Positions 38,301-49,434 of a stretch of DNA of 64,000 nt are shown here, in pieces; positions within the stretch are counted from its first letter, which is position 1; each line of letters opens with the position of its first letter. The stretch is from Squalus acanthias. Taxonomy: Eukaryota. A program made the translations under genes and the position numbers. The notes beneath the pieces are model-generated. The model saw nothing but the letters and a program-made list of their open reading frames with translations. It had not been told where the DNA came from and searched no databases. The stretch is taken from NCBI GenBank assembly GCA_030390025.1, contig CM059449.1, forward strand, positions 15,686,001 to 15,750,000. Reading direction: 5' to 3'.

Positions 38301-41300
38301 TATTCCTGCATTCTACAGCTTTCATCCTCATTATCAATCAAAAGGCCAATTTTTGTATCATCTGCAAACTTCTTCATCATGCCCCTTACTTGAAGTCTAT
38401 ATCGATTATATCTTTTAATGTAGTATCACTGCAAGATAGTAATTGTTTCCAAGTAATTGATTAACATTCTCTTACTCAAGGTGTATAAAATTATGAGGGG
38501 CCTCGATAGAATGGATAGGAAGGACCTATTTCCCTTAGCAGAAGGGTCAATAACCAGGGGACATAGATTTAAAGTAATTGGTAGAAGGATTAGGGAGGAG
38601 TTGAGGAGAATGCTTTCACTCAGAGGGTGGTGGGGATCTGCAACTCACTGCCTAAAACGGTGGTAGAGGCAGAAACCCTCATGGCATTTAAACTGTACTT
38701 GGATATACACTAGAAGTGCTGTAACCTACAGGGCTACGGACCATGAGCTGGAAAGTGGGTTTAGGCTGGAAAGCTGTTTTTCGAACAGCACAGTGAGGAT
38801 GGGCCGATTGCCCTCCTTCTGTGCCATAAACCTCTATGATTATAAGAAGCATATATTTGTGAGGAGGAGGGATGGTCCTGATTGTGTCAAACATATGGAT
38901 TTTTAACGAGCTGCAAGACCACCATTCTTGACTTGATTCTAAATTCTGCACCTCCTTAACAGAGCCGTGCTGCTATTGCGCAACATTAACAGAAAATGCT
39001 GAAAGTGCTCAACATGTCAGTCGACATAGAATCATAGAATCATAGAAAGTAACAGCACGGAAGGAGCCATTTCGGCCCATCGTGTCTGCGCCGGCCAACA
39101 AAGAACTACCCAGCCGAATCCCACTTCCAGCTCTTGGTCTGTAGCCCTGCAGGTTAGAGCATGCCACGTGCACATCAAAGTACTTTTTAAATGTGGTTAG
39201 GGTTCCTGCCTCTACCACCCTTTCAGGCAGTGAGTTCCAGACCCACACAACGCTCTGGGTGAAGAAATGTCCCCTCAAATCCCCTCTATACCTTCCACCA
39301 ATTAATGTAAATCTGACCCCCTTGGTTTTTGACCCCTCTACTGAGGGAAATAGGTCCTTTCTATCCACTTTATCTGTGCCCCTCATAATTTTATACACCG
39401 CAATAAGGTCTCCACTAAGCCTCCTCTGTTCCAAGGAAATCAGTCCTAGCCTATCCAGTCTTTCCTCTTAGCTAAGATTCTCTAATCCCGGGAACATCCT
39501 TGTAAATCTCCTCTGTACCCTCTCTAGTGCAATCACATCTTTCCTTAATGTGGTGACCAGAACTGCACGCAGTACTCTAGCTGAGGCCTAACTGTGTTTC
39601 ATACAGTTGAAGTATAACCCCCCTGCTCTTGTTTTCTATTCCACGGCTAATAAAGGCAAGCATTCCGTATGCTTTCTTAACCACCTTATCTACCTGGTCT
39701 GCTAACTTCAGGGATGTGTGGGCATGCATTCCAAGATCCCTCTGTTCCTCTATGCTTCTCAGTATCCTACTATTAAATGTGTAATCCTTTGACTTATTAG
39801 CACTCCCCAAGTGCATCATACTTCTCCAGATTTTTTCTTATTCCTTCACAGGATGTGGGCATTGCTGGGAAGGCCAGCAATTATTGCCCATCCCCCAATT
39901 GCCCTCGCGACGGTGGCGGTGAGTTGACTTCTTGATTAAGTGGCTTGCTAGGCCATTTCAGAGGGCAGTTAAGAGCCTACCACATTTCTGTGGGTCTGGA
40001 GTCACATATAGGCCAGGCTAGGTAAGGAGGGCAGATTTTCTTCCCTAAAGGACACTGGTGAACCAGATGGGTTTTTACGACCATCTGGTAGTTTCATGTA
40101 ATTTGTGTAATTCATTGAAATTAAATTCTTCAGCTGCAGTGGTGGTGATATGAACTCATATCTCCGGATCATTAGTCCAGGACCCTGAATTACTAGGCCA
40201 GTTACATAACCATTATGGTACCGTACCCCCAATTCCATTTGCCACTTTTCTGCCCAGCTGATCAGCCATTGATATATTCCTGCATTCTACAGCATTCATC
40301 TTCATTATCAACCAAACGGCCAATTTTTGTATCATCTGGAAACTTCTTCATCATGCCCCTTAATTGAAGTCTATATCGATTATATCTTTTAATGTAGTAT
40401 AGGTGCAAGATAGTAATTCTTTCCAAGTAATTGATTAACATTCTCTGAATCAAGGTGTATAAAATTATGAGGGGCCTAGTTAGAGGGGATTGGAAGGACC
40501 TATTTCCCTTAGCAGAAGGGTCAATAACCAGGGGACATAGATTTAAAGTAATTGGTAGAAGGATTAGGGAGGATTTGAGGAGAATGCTTTCACCCAGAGG
40601 GTGGTGGGGATCTGGAACTCACTGCCTGAAAGGGTGGTAGAGGCAGAAACCCTCATGGCATGTAAACTGTACTTGGATATACACTAGAAGTGCTGTAACC
40701 TACAGGGCTACGGAACAAGAGCTTGAAAGTGGGATTAGGCTGGAGAGCTGTTTTTCGCCGGCACAATCAGGTTGGGACGAATGGCCTCCTTCTGTACCAT
40801 AAACTTCTATGATTATAAGAAGCCTATATTTGTGAAGGAGGAGGGATGGTCCTGGTTATGTCAAGCTTATGGATTTTTAACGAGCTGCAAGACGACCATT
40901 CTTGACTTGATTCTAAGTTCAGCAGCTCCTGACAGAGCCGTGTTGCTATTGCGAAACATAAACAGGAAACGCTGAAAGTGCTCAGCATGTCAGTCGACAT
41001 AGAACCATAGAATCATAGAAAGTAACAGCACGGAAGGAGCCATTTCGGCCCATCGTGTCTGCGCCGGCCAACAAAGAACTATCCAGCCTAATCCCACTTC
41101 CCAGCTCTTGGTCCGTAGCCCTGCAGGTTAGAGCATCCCACGTGCACATCCAAGTACTTTTTAAATGTGGTTAGGGTTCCTGCCTCTACCATCCTTTCAG
41201 GCAGTGATTTGCAGACCCCCACAACCCTCTGAGTGAAGAAATTTCCCCTCAAATCCCCTGTAAACCTTCCACCAATTATTGTAAATCTGTGCCCCTTGGT

Positions 41301-42793
41301 TATTGACCCATCTGCTGAGGGAAATAGGTGCTTTCTATCCACTTTATCTGTGCCCCTCATAATTTTATTCTCCTCAATAAGGTCTCCACCAAGCCTCCTC
41401 TGTTCCAAGGAAAACAGACCCAGCTTATCTAGTCTTTCCTCATAGATATGATTGTCTAATCCCGGGAACATCCTTGTAAATCTCCTCTGTACCCTCTCTA
41501 GTGCAATCACATCTTTCCTGTAATGTGGTGACCAGAACTGCACGCAGTACTCTAGCTGTGGCCTAATTAGTGTTATATACAGTTGAAGTATCACCCCCCT
41601 GCTCTTGTTTTCTATCACCAGGTTATAGTCCAACAGCTTCACCTGACTAAGGAGCAGCGCTCCGAAAGGTTGTGATTTCAAATAAAGCTGTTAGACTATA
41701 ACCTGGTGTTGTGCGACTTGTCACTTTTGTCCACACCAGTCCAACGCCCGCATCTCCTCATCATGGCTTGTTTTCTATGCCAAGGCTAATAAAAGCAAGC
41801 ATTCCATATGCCTTCTTAACATCCTTATCTAACTGGCCTGCTACCTTCAGGGATCTGTCGGCATGCATTCCAACGCCCCTCTGTTCCTCTATTCTTCTCA
41901 GTATCCTACCATTTAATGTGTATTCCTTTACCTTATTGGCACTCTCCAAGTGCATCATACTTCTCCAGATTTTTTCTTATTCCTTCACAGGATGTGTGCA
42001 TTGCTGGGAAGGCCAGCATTTATTGCCGATTCCCCAATCGCCCTCGCGAAGGTGGCGGTAAGTTGCCTTTTTGAATAAGTGGCTTGCTAGGTCATTTCAG
42101 AGGGCAGTTAAGAGCCTACCACATTTCTGTCGGTCTGTAGTCACATATAGGCCAGATTAGGTAAGGACGGCAGATTTCCTTCCCTAAAGGACATTAGTGA
42201 ACCAGATGGGTTTTGACGACAATCTGGTAGTTTCATGTAATTAGTGTAATTCATTGAATTTAAATTCTTCAGCTGCAGTGGTGGTGATATGAACTCATAT
42301 CTCCGGATCATTAGTCCAGGCATCTGAATTACTAGACCAGTAACATAACCATTATGGTACCGTACCCCCAATTCCATTTGCCACGTTTCTGCCCAGCTGA
42401 TCAATCCATTGATATATTCCTGCATTCTGCAGCTTTCATCCTCATTATCAACCAAACGGCCAATTTTTGTATCATCTGCAAACTTCTTCATCATGCCCCT
42501 TACTTGAATCTCTCTCGATTATATCTTTTAATGTAGTATCGCTGCAAGATAGTAATTCTTTCCAAGTAATTGATTAACATTCTCTTAATCAAGGTGGTAT
42601 AAAATTATGAGGGGCTTAGAATGAGTGGATAGGAAGGACCTATTTCCCTTAGCAGAAGGGTCAATAACCTGGGGACATAGATTTAAAGTAATTGGTAGAA
42701 GGATTAGGGAGGATTTGAGTAGAATGCTTTCACCCAGAGTGTGGTGGGGGTCTGGAACTCACTGCCTGAACGGGTGGTAGAGGCAGAAACCTC
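17360..42793. repeat. Macrosatellite: 13 tandem units of ~1,967-1,976 bp (first diverged, last truncated)
   Basis: Unit starts (gtcgac/atagaa) fall at ~17360, 19290, 21265, 23241, 25208, 27184, 29160, 31135, 33110, 35084, 37053, 39025 and 40998. Each unit has a (-) CR1 fragment from KFADDTK to the tail with an inserted tRNA-SINE, a ~100-bp spacer, a (+) CR1 3' fragment and a ~185-bp spacer. Confidence 0.97.
41616..41766 (+). mobile_element. 151-bp Penelope-like terminal fragment with inverted 5' end and decayed hammerhead
   Basis: 12-bp TSD CTTGTTTTCTAT (41604-41615, 41767-41778). 24-bp inverted repeat 41616-41639 / 41685-41708 with 1 mismatch. Motif tcac-CTGACTA-a-ggagc-agc-gctcc-GAAA-ggtt-gtga. 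Confidence 0.8.
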
Positions 42794-43510
42794 TCACTCT
42801 CACCTCTGGAATTCAGCTCCTTTGTCAATGTTTGGACCAAGTCTGTAATGAGGTCGGGAGCTGAGTGGTCTTGGCGGAACCCAAACTGGGCATCAGCGAG
42901 CAGGTTATTGGTGAGTAAGTGCCGCTTGATAGCACTGTCGATGACACCTTCCCTCACTTTGCTGATGATTGTGAGTAGACTGATGGGGCGGTAATTGGCT
43001 GGGTTGGATTTGTCCTGCTTCTTGTGGACAGGACATACCTGGGCAGTTTTCCACATGGTCGGATAGATGCCAATATTGTAGCTGTACTGGAATAGCTTGT
43101 CTAGAGGCGCGGCTAGTTCTGGAGCACAAGTCTTCAGCACGATAGCCGGGATGTTGTCGGGGCCCATAGCCTTTGCTGTATCCAGTGCGCTCAGCCGTTT
43201 CTTGATATCACGTGGAGTGAATCCAATTGGCTGAAGACTGACTTCTGTGATGTTGGGGAACTTTGGAGTAGGCCGATATGGATCATCCACTCGGCACTTC
43301 TGGCTGAAGTTGGTTGCAAACGCTTCAGCCTTGTCTTAATCACTCACGTGCTCGTACTCCCTCCCTAACAGGACTGTGGGAGTACCTTCACCACACGGAC
43401 TGCAGCGGTTCAAGAAGGCGGCTCACCACCACCCTCTCAAGGGCAATTAGGAATGGGCAATAAATGCTGGCCTTGTCAGCGACGCCCGCATCCCATGAAT
43501 ATTTTAAAAA
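42794..43510. mobile_element. 5'-inverted LINE insertion (same family as 59020-62212)
   Basis: 42794-43352 is (-) ORF2 (KAMGPDNIPAIVLKTCAPELAAPL...NYRPISLL...QFGFR). 43356-43510 is the (+) 3' end of the same family. Confidence 0.8.
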
Positions 43511-44152
43511 CTATGTGGCTGATTCTCCTGTTCCTGCGCATAGGACTATTGAAACCCATGAGCGCAGCGAATGCAGCAACATTGGACAGGATGTGGTTAG
43601 GGGCGTCTGCTGCTCTCCACCCGCTTTTCCTGCATTGGTTGCGCCCAGGTGATTGAAGAGTCCAGGCGCAGGAACGGGGAAAGACTGCCCCTTAAACTTT
43701 TATGCGTTCACTTTCATGCAAGCCCATATATTTTCTCCTGTGGGCCATTTGCAACGAGTTCTAAGATCTTGCAGGGAAGAGGAAAATAGCAGACAATAAT
43801 GTGCTTTATTATGATCAAATCTATTGCAAACAGTTCCCAAATATTAACTCAATATTTCCAATGCGGCCGAAATTCCACCGTAACTTCAACTGAGATCGAG
43901 GGAAACTACAAATTGCTCTTTTATATTACTTCTAATGCATACAGTTTTTTTATACGACTGCATATTTAAATGTGCATTTGTAAGTTTGCGGTTCGGCATC
44001 ACAGTCGCTGCAATTTCAATTCAAACTATTCTGTTGAATAGTGATTGGTATTTGACACGAGTATTTTGCTAAACTAGCCCATTTAAAAAAGGAAGTTTTC
44101 CGTCCTGTCAACGCGGTTTACAATTCAGCCCGGGTCTCAGCTTTTGAGCTAT

Positions 44153-44500
44153 AAATAACAACAGAAAACGCGGGAAAAACTCAGCAGGCCAGGCAGCATC
44201 CGTGGAGAGAGAAACAGAGTTAACGTTTCAGGTCGAAGACCTTTCGTCAGAACTGGAAAAAAGCAGGAAATGAAATAGATTTAAAGCAAGTATAATGCTG
44301 GGGAAAGGGGGTTTGGATGAAAGAACAAAAGGCAAGGTCAGTGGTGGGATAGAAAGCAGGAGAGATTAAGAGACATTAAGAGATAATCAAGGCAAGAGGA
44401 GGTGGTAATATGACAGGTAGAGGCTAGTTGAAGTGTGAGATGCGCTGGCAGAATGAAGGACAGCTGCCAGCTTCTGGGAGGGAAGAAAAAAGGCCAAACA
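44153..44500 (-). mobile_element. Penelope-like terminal repeat
   Basis: Similar along its length to 57160-57482 (opposite strand) and to the terminus of the GIY-YIG copy at 7238. Confidence 0.75.
44218..44254 (-). ncRNA. Minimal type I hammerhead ribozyme motif, core intact
   Basis: The - strand reads AGUU (helix I), CUGACGA, A, AGGUC-UUC-GACCU (helix II), GAAA, CG, UU, AACU (helix I'). Helix III is the palindrome AACGUU, as in Penelope-associated dimerising hammerheads. Confidence 0.75.
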
Positions 44501-44970
44501 AAAGGGTTCGCTATAATCCCCGCATGCTTCATTGCTGCCTCTGTATCTCTCACTCCTGGCCTGTTCTGATTTATCTCCGAATGCACATTCATTAATAGGT
44601 CAGCCAGACATCTGGCTTAGCAGCTTTAAGCCAGAAGTGTCTCCCACGCTTTCCTTTTCTGCGGAAGAGTTTGATTTTGCAAGTTCTCCGCGCAGTTAAT
44701 TTCAGTTACCATGGTACCGAGGTATACCAAAGGACACTGAAGTACAACTGAAGTGGATTCGAAACCACAGCTTGTGCCTGGTATTCTGGCATCTATGTCC
44801 CTGCAGAGGCGGGAAGAAATGAAAACCGAGAATGCCAATTGGGCGATTGGGTCCGTTACATCACATACTGTGTCATGCGCCTCTCCACAGTTAGAATTCG
44901 ATTGTTACTTTTCTCTGATCCTGCACTGCTGTTCCTCAACTGACTTCATGCCCAGAACTGTGCAGACACC

Positions 44971-45022
44971 ATGAACTTTAGCCATGTTATTGGAACAATC
45001 TGGGTAACGGCTATGATCGCCG
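44971..45022 (+). CDS. NCR3: NKp30/NCR3-like exon 1 (leader)
   Basis: gacaccATG in good Kozak context, MNFSHVIGTIWVTAMIA, then a phase-1 donor G|gtaagg that matches the phase of the V exon. Confidence 0.75.
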
Positions 45023-45423
45023 GTAAGGAACTATTTTATGTTATGTCGGTTTCCAATTGCAAGATGAGAGTACAAACCGGAAAGAAAGCAACATCCTCTT
45101 GTAGCGCATTCTTATATTGTTTCATTTGTTAAATTCAAGTACTCTTAGATATTATGATCCGCACGCGGATAAATAAATAGGGCGTTAAGCGTTAAAAAGA
45201 AATCAATGGTACCGAAAGGACAGCTTTCCAAACTTGAAATGGTTGACGTGACTGAGAAATGTGCCGATTTCAAATACATACACGCGCAATGATCACCGAG
45301 CCATTATTGTTTAGCAACCCTCGCCGACAATCAAAGCTGGCGCCCATCTTAAGTGAATGGCCCAAAATTGCAAGGAAATAAATCAACATTTTGAAATAAC
45401 ACAGATCCGAATAATTTCTTAAT

Positions 45424-45785
45424 ATCATTGAGGGGCCTAGATAGAGTGGATAGGAAGGATCTATGTCCCTTAGCAGAAGGGGTCAATAACCAGGGGGCAT
45501 AGATTTAAAGTAATTGGTAGAAGGTTTAGAAGGGAGTTGAGGAGAATTTTCTTCACCCAGAGGGCGGTGGGGGTCTGGAACTCAATGCCTGAAAGGGTGG
45601 TAGAGGCAAAAAACCTCATCGCATTTAAAATGCACTTGGATATGCACTTGGAGTGTTGTAAACTACAAGGCTACAGACCAAACGCTGGAAAGTGGGATTA
45701 GGCTGGATTGCTCTTTGTCGGCCGGCGCGGACAAGATGGGCCGAATGGACTCCTCCTGTGACGTAAATTTCCATGATTCTATGAT
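45424..45785 (+). mobile_element. CR1 3' fragment in NCR3 intron 1
   Basis: GLDRVDRKDL...FFTQRAVGVWNSMPERVVEA, then 3'UTR and (atgattct) tail. Confidence 0.85.
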
Positions 45786-46744
45786 TTGATTTATTCCCAA
45801 TCCTTTTATTTCGGTGTTCTGAAGTGATAATAAGATGAAAAATAGCCGATATATTGAGAATGTAACGAAGCAATTTAAAAAAACGCCATAAGTGTGTTAG
45901 AATATAAAGCCATGATAGTGTCAGAGAACTAAACTAAGCTTCTAAATGCACGGGTCAACTATTGTTAAAATCCTACTTTCAGCTTTCCTATCGATGACAC
46001 AAAATATATCTGGACTGGAAAGGGTGCATTGAGGAGCAACAAAACCCTTCCGAAGTGTAAAGAGATGATACGTGAGGAGAGGTAAGCGAAGCATAAGTGT
46101 TTCAGTCTTACAATAAGGCAGTTAAGTGCCGGGGGCGGCGGGGGGTGGGTGTGGGGGGGGGGGGGAACTTAATCATAAATGCTATAGATAAAGTGCATCC
46201 CGATTATTCCATCGAAGCCATGAAAGTAGAATCAGATCCATCAATGGGTAATAGTGAAAAGGGACATTTTAAGCTAAAAGCAAGAACAACGTGTTTGTCT
46301 CAAAACTTGTAGGAATTTATACAGCGCGCAATAGAGGTAAATATTGGGGCTACTCAAAATGCAATTAAATGCCGTGGCGGGAGTTCGTGTATCTAATGGT
46401 TGATTTTGATGGGTTGAGGGACATTTTCTCGTCACAGGCTTTTTAAGTGCCTTTTGAGCAATGTTTTATTGCACCAACTAACAACACGGGCTATATACAG
46501 TCAATGTCACTGTATTAATATCCGTGTTTTTCTAAATATATTTGAACAATGTATCCTTAAAAATTGCCATTCGGCAGAGTGGCGGCGCGCACGCCTCGCT
46601 CAACTGTAACAATACTGATAATTTTTAAAGGTTTAAGGACTCTTTTAAACGCTGCGAGCATTCATGCCGAATATAGGAAGCAGTACTTTCCAGGGCAAAA
46701 GATCTCACCCCACTGTGTATTGTATTGACTTCAACCATCTACAG

Positions 46745-47086
46745 CAGTTACTGTTGGAAAAATCACCGTAATTCAGAGCCCGCAATCACTCACCAAAACC
46801 GCGGGACAGACAGCGGACCTGCTCTGCAGATATGAGGGTCCCAAAGGAATCGGCAGCTGCACGTGGCACCGAGGCACCAAACAGGGAAATGAAGTTTCCA
46901 ACAATACAGCGGAATACAGAGGCAGGGTGTTCGGGGCAAGTGAAGAGCAATTCAGCCAGAGGGGAGACGCGTCCATTAGAATAATCCAGCTGAAACCGGG
47001 AGATACCGGGCTCTATTTTTGCAAACTGGAGCTCTTGGGATTCGCTGCAGCAGACGGACCCGGGACAGCAGTGACCGTGGAACGGG
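46745..47086 (+). CDS. NCR3: NKp30/NCR3-like exon 2 (VJ-type Ig V domain)
   Basis: Acceptor ctacag|cag (NAGNAG; alternative start 46748). AVTVGKITVIQSPQSLTKTAGQTADLLCRYEGPKGIGSCTWHRGTKQGNEVSNNTAEYRGRVFGASEEQFSQRGDASIRIIQLKPGDTGLYFCKLELLGFAAADGPGTAVTVER, donor G|gtaagt. It parallels human NKp30 (IGSVTWFR, GKEVRNGTPEFRGR, YVCRVEVLG, GNGTRLVVE). Confidence 0.92.
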
Positions 47087-47272
47087 GTAAGTTTGTATTT
47101 TTTTTGAAAAGTAGACGGGTTCTTTTAAGTGCGAGAGGTGTGCCCTGCCAGGTTACCACCCAGGATGGTAACGGCGAACTTCCAGCCCGGAGGACGTCTT
47201 AGCCCCCTTGCGTTACTCGTTGCCTTGGACCAGAAAGCGATAGGGAGATTTTTTAGACCTGTTATTCCATAG

Positions 47273-47424
47273 GTGCCGAAACGGAATTTAAGATAATGAG
47301 CAAGGAAGAGCCTACAAGCTTCTTCAGCGACGTCCGGATTCTATGGTGTGTCCGTGCTGCAGTGATAGCTTTACTGGTCGTTTTTGGAATCATCGTCGCT
47401 ATCTATCTGCTTCCGTCAGAAGAG
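47273..47424 (+). CDS. NCR3: NKp30/NCR3-like exon 3 (stalk plus TM with Arg)
   Basis: Phase-1 acceptor ttattccatag|. GAETEFKIMSKEEPTSFFSDVRILWCVRAAVIALLVVFGIIVAIYLLPSEE, with the TM Arg placed as in NKp30 LLLRAG. The donor GAG|gtactg is tentative; read-through would stop at 47499. Confidence 0.85.
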
Positions 47425-47531
47425 GTACTGGTAGCGAATGTCAATATATGTATTATTTACTGTTTGGGACGCATGGAAAACTATTTTATAATTGTTTAGC
47501 ACAACGATTACACTCTGGTTCCATAGAATGA

Positions 47532-47912
47532 GGGAACGATAGCAGAGTGGTAATGTTACTGGACTGTTAATCCAGAAACCTGGACTAATAATCCGAGGAC
47601 AAGCGTTTAAATCCCACCACGGCAGCTGGGAAATTTAAATTCAATTAAATAAATCTGGGATAAAAAGCGAGCATCAGTAATGGTGAGCATGTAACTACCG
47701 GATTGTCGTCAAAACCCATCTGGTTCACTAATGTCCTTTAGGGAAGGAAATCTGCCATCCTTACCTGGTCTGGCCGATATGTGACTCCAGACCCACAGCA
47801 ATGTGGTTGACTCTTAACTGCCCTCTGAAATGGACTGGCAAGCCACTCAAGGGTAATTAGGGATGGGCAATAAATGCTGGCCTTGTCCACATCCCGTGAA
47901 TGAATAAAGAAA
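47532..47912 (+). mobile_element. tRNA-derived SINE sharing both head and tail with the LINE at 59020-62212
   Basis: A-box-like tagcagagtggtaatg and a degenerate B box, core gggaaggaaatctgccatccttacctggtctggcc...gactcttaactgccctctgaaatgg, and tail aattagggatgggcaataaatgctggcc. Confidence 0.85.
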
Positions 47913-48231
47913 ACGTTTATCGTTTAATTAATGTAAGATGCAGGAAGATAGCGGTGTGAGAAGGATTGCTGCACTTGGGTTCCAGCCAAGCAGAACCGCA
48001 CAACAATGTCTGGATCCTTGAAGTCTGGGTCTGTAACAGTCTTAGCTCAAGACTGAGCTGCGAGCACGTTTGATAAAGGCTCGCTCCCTCTCTCCGAACG
48101 TTAAGTGTTTCTAAAGCCGGGAGAGGAGAACACCTGCTCTCAAGACACATAAATTGAGATGATATGGGTTTGCAAAGTGTTCAGGATGTCCAAGGAAACA
48201 CAGGTGAAGATAATCCTTCCAAAGTGTCCGT

Positions 48232-48685
48232 TACATAGGATTACATTACATAGGATATACGGCACAGAAACAGGCCATTCGGCCCAGCTAGTCAATGCCA
48301 GTGTTTATGCTCCACTCGAGCCTCCTCTAGTCTTTCCCCATCTAAATCGATCAGCATAACCCTCTATTCCCTTCTCCCTCATATGCTTGCCTAGCCTCCC
48401 CTTAAATGCATCTATACTATTCGCCTCAACCATTCCCTGTGATAGCGAGTTCCACATTCTCACCACTCTTTGGGTAAAGAAGTTTCTTCTGAATTCCCTA
48501 TTGGATTTCTTGGTGTCTATCTTATATTGATGGCCTCTAGTTATGCTCTTCCCTACAAGTGGAAACATTCTCTCTGTACCCACTCTTTCAAAACCTTTAA
48601 TAATTTGAAAGACCTCTGTTAGGTCAGCCTTCAGACTTTTTGTTTTCAGGAGAAAAGAGACCCAGCCTGTTCATCCTTTCCTTAT
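48232..48685 (-). mobile_element. CR1 3' fragment
   Basis: MFPLVGKSITRGHQYKI...FRRNFFTQRVVRMWNSL plus tail. Confidence 0.85.
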
Positions 48686-49434
48686 ATACATACTTTATTT
48701 GTTCTATGTTATTTTACTGAAAACAGCTCACTGTAAAGCAGTTTCAGTTTGAGCTTTCTCCGTACAACTTCACTGCTTTCCCAAGGTTTCTCTTGCTCTC
48801 CTCTGGGGTGAGAAGAACCTCCGCGGAAAATCCAGGCGATTCCACTTACAAGGGAAAAATTGTAGGATTGTATCGTGCGGTAACTAACTTATTGTGTGTC
48901 TGCAAACTGAGTCTACTTTGAGCTCCATAGCACATTTCCAAATAATTAATTTGGCCTTTCTTAAAGAAGGTCGTAAATGCAATACTGAGGGATATTTATA
49001 TTCATCAGTTCTTGCAAAGCCCAGTTAAGCGCTACCATAATTAATTAGTCCTGAACACATGACAGCAGGACTAATACACTTTCCGAGTCTCATAAGGGTG
49101 ATATTAACAATTTTGAAGTACCGCAATTTTAAAAAAAATGAAGCAGAGCTGGATTGACACCGCTTGACAGTTTTTGCCGGGTCGTCACGGGTTTCCGCCG
49201 ATCTTCTGCCAAAGTTACGGCGGGAGAAACCCCAGCGAAAATTCGCCCCTAGTGTTTGTAACGTTCAGCTCAGAGTTATTTAATTAAATTGCTATGGACG
49301 CGATAGATAACACGGTCCTGTTTCCCAAATGGGAATTCTATGAAGATCCTGCAATAGTAAGTTATATAATTGAAGGACAGTGACAAATTAGCAGAAATAA
49401 ATGATCCAAAGGTTTATAAACTAGTCTGAACTAC

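Noticed and set aside
17360-42793. Repeated ORFs (e.g. MGRMASFCTINFYDYKKP..., MFSMPRLIKAS..., MQFWSPHYRK...) as a tandem gene family
   Set aside because: They are CR1 ORF2 fragments, their antisense frames, or frames starting at TTG/GTG across tail-spacer junctions. Their recurrence reflects recent amplification, and they are frameshifted in some units.
17360-42793. CRISPR-like or antigen-receptor segment array
   Set aside because: Units are ~2 kb with near-identical spacers. No cas genes, V/D/J segments or RSS heptamer-nonamer pairs were seen, and the DNA is eukaryotic.
44755-44830. RUNX (AACCACA, 44763-44769) and ETS/IRF-like motifs upstream of NCR3
   Set aside because: Such short motifs are expected by chance, and there is no TSS or conservation evidence.
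47087-47202. Read-through of the V exon ORF (46927-47202) as a secreted isoform
   Set aside because: A canonical G|gtaagt donor and an in-phase TM exon 186 bp downstream explain it; intron retention is unsupported.
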